Source of the DNA: Saprolegnia diclina VS20
Taxonomy: Eukaryota
Assembly (NCBI RefSeq): GCF_000281045.1
Contig: NW_008246098.1
Coordinates: forward strand, 168,765 to 222,350
Length of the DNA stretch: 53,586 nt
Reading direction: 5' to 3'
Both the position numbers and the translations under genes were made by a program. Position 1 is the stretch's first letter. Every line of letters starts with the position of its first letter. The notes under the pieces were generated by a model. It worked only from the letters and a program-made list of their open reading frames with translations, was not told where the DNA came from and made no database searches. Of this stretch, positions 48,857 through 53,586 are shown piece after piece.

Positions 48857-51712
48857 GATGGCAAGTCAAGAAGTGGAGCACCTCGAACGCAGCGCCTGCT
48901 GCGACCAGATGGGCCACATTGCCCTTGGCCGCCAGCTGGCGCCTGTCCCTCGACGGCTACGATGGCCGGAAAGATCGAGAGGGGCACGGAATTGCCTTAA
49001 AAAAGTACATGGAAATCCCGTTCTCGGCCAAGTCTCTGGTCGCCGCCTTGATAAAGCAAGATTGCCGCGTTGCTAGCTCGCTTCGCTCTGCCTTGCACAG
49101 CGAGAGTAATCGCACTGTTGCCACGTGGTCCTGTCGATACGCTGCATCCCTCCTCTAACTTGCCACCAAGCTCGCAGAAAACTCTATTTGTTACGAGAGA
49201 CAAAGCTAGCATTTTCGAGAGATGGAGCTCGTAAGGATGGAAGCGTTCGGTTGGCCTATCGCCAATCGTACGATGGCAGGTCCCATTCAGATCGACGAAG
49301 AAGACTGCAGAGGCGGGAACTTGCGATATTGAAGCAACTTACTTGAACGAATTGCGCTCGTGGCCATCCGTACGGCCACACTAATGTGTCGCAGGGTGCA
49401 CTGCGCTGGACGCAAGATGCGGGCGACTGGTGAAGTCCCACAGCACATATTGGTGGCTCTGCGACTCGATCAAGCTGCACTCGAGTACCTAGACCCTTCT
49501 TCGTCGTCGGCTTCTGCTTCAAGCCTCGAGCAGTGACATGGCCGCAAAATTCGGCGCAGGTGGTGTTACCATCGCTATCATGGATACTCGTGCTTCTCCT
49601 CGACAGTACAATGTACATGGCACTTGACCATACATCAAATATCACTCGGACGAGGCCCATCTAGCTTCTATTGCCAAGGGCGATCGGGACGCTTGCTGTC
49701 GGCTACCGCGTCTTCTTTTTTCGCGTCCAAACGCCCATCGCCGCGGATGTCCTCAGTATAAACACGAGGCCCGCGTGACGTCGCTTTGCTTTCTGATGGC
49801 CACGCCAACGGACAACATGTGGCGCGACGGTCCCTGATACGGTGGGGCTTTTTTGCAAGCACGTCAGTGGTCTGCGGTGCTGAGCTGACAGGGGTACGCT
49901 CGCTACTGGATCGATCCAGCCCATTGGTTTTCAGTACCGATACACCCGTGGCGTGGCTCGTCCGCTCCGGTGGTTGAGGGCGCTGGCGAGTTCGAGCTGC
50001 GGGTTAGGGGTCCTCGACTAGGCTCTGCATCGACGTGGTGTACGACTAATAGACTCGACTCGACTCGACTAGAAGCGTGACCTAGTGGGCGTCGTCGTGG
50101 TTGCTTTGCATTTGCGCCCGAGGATTGCGTGAGGCAGCCGAGGCGATGATCGGCGATCTTTTTTGAACTCGGTGGATCACATTGGGTAACGTCGTCAGTG
50201 ATTGGCTACGCGATGGAATGCCGCGATATCATTGGACAATTGCCGACCGATCGCGCGCTGCCACCCATGCGCCACATCCCGCGACGACGAGTACTGATCA
50301 AGCTACTTCAAGCCAACGCAACCGCGATGGGCAATGCGTTGTCCCACTGACCACTGTTTTTACTAAAAAACGTGCGTCTTGAACACTCTGGTGCGTCTTC
50401 ACATTTGGAAATGGGCATTTACCGGAGCCTCAATCCTCGACTGCAGTTGCATGAGCAGATGCGATTGGAAAAGACAATGACAGCGAAACGTATTGGCTAG
50501 CAATGCACGAGGGACGTCTGCAACAAGCTCAGTGGATCGATGGAGCACGCTGTGCATGTTGAAGTGCGACATCGTCGCTTCCACCTCGAATGCCGCAAGC
50601 GAAGCTTGGTCAAGAAGCGCCATAGCAACTGTTGTTGTTCGTTGAAGGCGCACGACCGTGCAACGCAGTGCGAGTTGCAGTGTGACTTTGACATGAATGA
50701 CGATGACCATTTTTGCTGGGCGCTGACAAGAAGGCGTCCATGACGGTCTCCTGCGGGTGCCATTGAGTCGCTTCTCATTGGCCACCGTTGAAGCTAGGGA
50801 TATATACGAACTCAAGGGTGGGATGAATTTTACCTCCTCTCGATAGCTCAAAACTGTTTTAACGTAATCGAATCACACTCGCTATTGTATTCGTGCAAAC
50901 GACTCGTGGCATCGAAAGCTTTGACCAAGGCAATACAGTAACTGTATAAATCACTTGGCATTGTTGACCCACTTGCATTTTCTGCCACGAGGCAAAACTG
51001 ATGGGGCAGTGACGGTGGCAAAATACGCGTTTAATGCGTTTAACGCTTGGGTCGATGTACGATATCCGTGTCAAGTCACTCAGTGGCTGTCGTCGCCCAC
51101 TACAACCACTGTAGCTACTCCTTGTCCGGCAAAGTGCTTTGTGACTCTCGAACTCGTTTCGAACGGAGCCAGCTTTGCTTCAGAGATAAGCTTCTCGTCG
51201 ATGTACTGCATGCTCCACTTCGGATTTTTTTACCATGTACACCTACAGACCTTTTGTGATCCTCTTATCCTAACCTTCTCGCGGACTGCACCTTGTAGAC
51301 TCTGAAATTTGCTCGTACGGTGGTCTCGCATTTCCGTTTCTCGAACTCCGAGCACGCTCGTTTTGGCGCAAACACGAATATCTTGGCGCCTGCCAGCTTG
51401 GCGAGTGGCATGATCGGTATCGCCTTTTATCGAGGAGTTACAGGCGTAAAAGATACGATGCTCGTCCGTGCCTTGGCAATCTCTTGTGTTTTAACCTTCG
51501 ATTCCTTAAACGGCCTTTTCGCTGGCTCGTCATTCTGGACAAAAAATGATTGGAATCATCCCTGGACTACTTGTGTCTTGGTGCGATTCCTTTGCTATCG
51601 ACGAGTTGCTTACGGCTCGTTCTTTGATAAGCTCTCGATGACAATGTGTAGTGATCTCGACAGAGGATGCGTGAAAGGACTAGTACGTACTAGCAAGGGG
51701 CAATAAATAGCT

Positions 51713-52272
51713 GTATAGTCACTTTATAGTTGTTGTTGAAGTGGGTCTTCTATTAAAATAGATACGTAAATCTACGCTAAATAAAATTGTCGGACTTTCT
51801 TCGTTGTGTAGGCGCTGGTGATGATCTTGATCTAGGCCGGCGGAGGCAGGAGCGCGATCCGCGGGACAAGGTGCTGGCGCGGCCACTCGTGTTGAGCGAG
51901 GAGCCGGAGAAGGCGACGTAGAGCCATTTTCCCTGGGTTATGAACGAGGCTGTGGTGCAAGTGCATTTGAGCGACACGCGCCGCTTTGACGGCAATCGTC
52001 CATGGGCTTGGCAGTGGGAGGTCGGCGCGAAAGACGCGATCGTTGCGGACGCGCCAGACGTTGAACCAGACGCAGGCGCGGAGCACTGGCCAGAGGTAGC
52101 GGAACGCGGCTCGGTGCATGTTGGAGGCCGTCTTCGGCGTCGAGTAGAGGTAGCCCGAGAGTGTTGTCGGCAAGACTACACCCAAGGGGGCCGTGACCGC
52201 GCGGAGGGTGCTCCACACGTCCTTGATGAAGTCGCAGTCTACGAGGAAGTGGCGGTATAGTCACTGTATAGT
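51713..52272 (-). mobile_element. 5'-truncated non-LTR (L1/Tx1-like) retrotransposon with target-site duplication
   Basis: ORF2 tail HFLVDC..VW...VWRVRNDRVF ending at 51832; (CAA)3 3' tail; 18-bp direct repeats gtatagtcact(t/g)tatagt at 51713-51730 and 52255-52272. Confidence 0.85.
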
Positions 52273-52526
52273 GACACTTGGTACTAGCGTCAGTCCAAAC
52301 CTAACCCGCCTTGCCAACAACTGGCAGGGTGAAAACCATCAAGTTTACTGCCACAAGAAATGAGCGGACAAACGTAACGATATGACCAAGAAAAACGCTC
52401 CTGGTTGTCCACAAGTCCAATTCTCCTACTTCCTATAACTCCAAGTTGATACAATCGTGCACCTTGATCCCTCTGTCTGTGTCCGGATAGCCAAAATTGT
52501 ACAAAATACACGTAGATTTGTCTCGA

Positions 52527-53201
52527 TTAGGCTTGGACGACGGCGTTTGTGACCTGGATGTGGCGCGCGGCGTCTTCGTAGATCTCGACGCGGTACGTCT
52601 TGGGCGCCTCGCATGCGCAGTCAAAGACGTTGTTGAGGGGGGCCGTGGGCACAAGAGCACAGCCCCGCACGATGAAAATGTGCTTGATGCCGCTCACGAC
52701 CTGCTTGGCCACCGACACAAACTCGACGGGGCACACACGGGGCACGCTCGCCGACGCAAAGTTGGCGTCCTTGGTCACGGCGCGCACGTACAGCAGCTTG
52801 TCGTCCGCCGTCGCAGGGACCGGCGCCGACACGCCGCCAACGAGACCCGTCGTCTCGTCAGTGGCCACAACGGCCGTGATGCGCACAGGCTCGTTGATAG
52901 CTTCGAGCACCGTCACCAAGTACGCATGGCGCTGACCATCGCACGAGCAGTTGGAGGTCGCGGTCGTCTTGCAGCCGTGCACGCCGACGTGGTACTGGAC
53001 GCCAGCAACGACTTGCTGCGTGGCCCACGCCACGTCGGTGGCACAGAGACGGGTGGTGACATTGGCATAGTTGGCAGGGTCCGAGACAATGGCCGTGAGC
53101 GCCGTCTGGACGCTCGGGTCGGTCACAGGCGACCAGCCGCCCATCTGAGCGACCGCGGTCGTGGCGAGTGTCATCAGCATCGTCGAGAGCAGTCCGACCA
53201 T
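52527..53201 (-). CDS. Secreted two-domain cystatin-like protease inhibitor (EPIC-like)
   Basis: Signal peptide MVGLLSTMLMTLATTAVA; GGWS..QQVVAG, then second domain GGVS..KQVVSG. Confidence 0.85.
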   Translation of the reverse strand: MVGLLSTMLMTLATTAVAQMGGWSPVTDPSVQTALTAIVSDPANYANVTTRLCATDVAWATQQVVAGVQYHVGVHGCKTTATSNCSCDGQRHAYLVTVLEAINEPVRITAVVATDETTGLVGGVSAPVPATADDKLLYVRAVTKDANFASASVPRVCPVEFVSVAKQVVSGIKHIFIVRGCALVPTAPLNNVFDCACEAPKTYRVEIYEDAARHIQVTNAVVQA

Positions 53202-53586
53202 GATTGTTTTGATGCTGTTGTGTTTGTGGTTGCGAGCAAAGTGCAAAGTGAGCTCCGAGGATCGCGAGTCGCTCGATCTCATAGCAACGCACGACTGCAT
53301 TGTCGCATACTCTATACAATCTGGTCATGCACGCAGCAGATCCAAAGCATTGTGCGAGATTCAACGCCGTCTATCTGTCCTGCAGTGGACTGCGCCATGA
53401 GACAAGACAACGCGCGCGTGGACGGCCACAGAGAGCCGACGCAGTGCCTCGTCTATCTGCTCGACCGAGCAGACAGGCGCACACTCGATCTTGGTCTGCG
53501 GCCGTCGAGTGGGTGGGAGTAGCTCGTATGTGGCAGCACGTCTTAGTACGATGCGCGGCTTGCCGTCACGGCGCCGCCCACGCAAC

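Noticed and set aside
50160..50200. ggtggatcac resembling the 5.8S rRNA start
   Set aside because: Only ~10 nt match; no further rRNA similarity.
50900..51660. Possible decayed minus-strand gene
   Set aside because: Multiple stops and no identifiable family; cannot support a pseudogene call.

Overview
Eukaryotic, GC-rich, gene-dense DNA with many short (~40-60 nt) GT-AG introns and four N gaps. Gene content and style point to an oomycete, probably Saprolegniales (inference). Housekeeping genes: DNA polymerase epsilon catalytic subunit, eRF3, axonemal dynein p28, TFIIH p52/Tfb2 and a class II-like HDAC. Three enzymes look bacterial: an intronless FBPase ending in a PTS1-like ARM, an intronless PLP decarboxylase and a flavohemoglobin with a mitochondrial-type leader. 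Also present are a two-domain secreted cystatin, PX-RING and ankyrin proteins, an inverted COPI-associated paralog pair and a 5'-truncated LINE with target-site duplication. Best hidden signals: (1) a 3-exon selenoprotein F gene with in-frame UGA and a SECIS hairpin; (2) two tandem ~50-aa hydrophobic microprotein paralogs differing mostly synonymously; (3) two divergent (NTGGG)n Gly-rich ORF ends flanking assembly gaps; (4) a small acidic protein with TOS-like and RxRxxS motifs. Family calls rest on recalled motifs, not database searches; multi-exon spans run start codon to stop.
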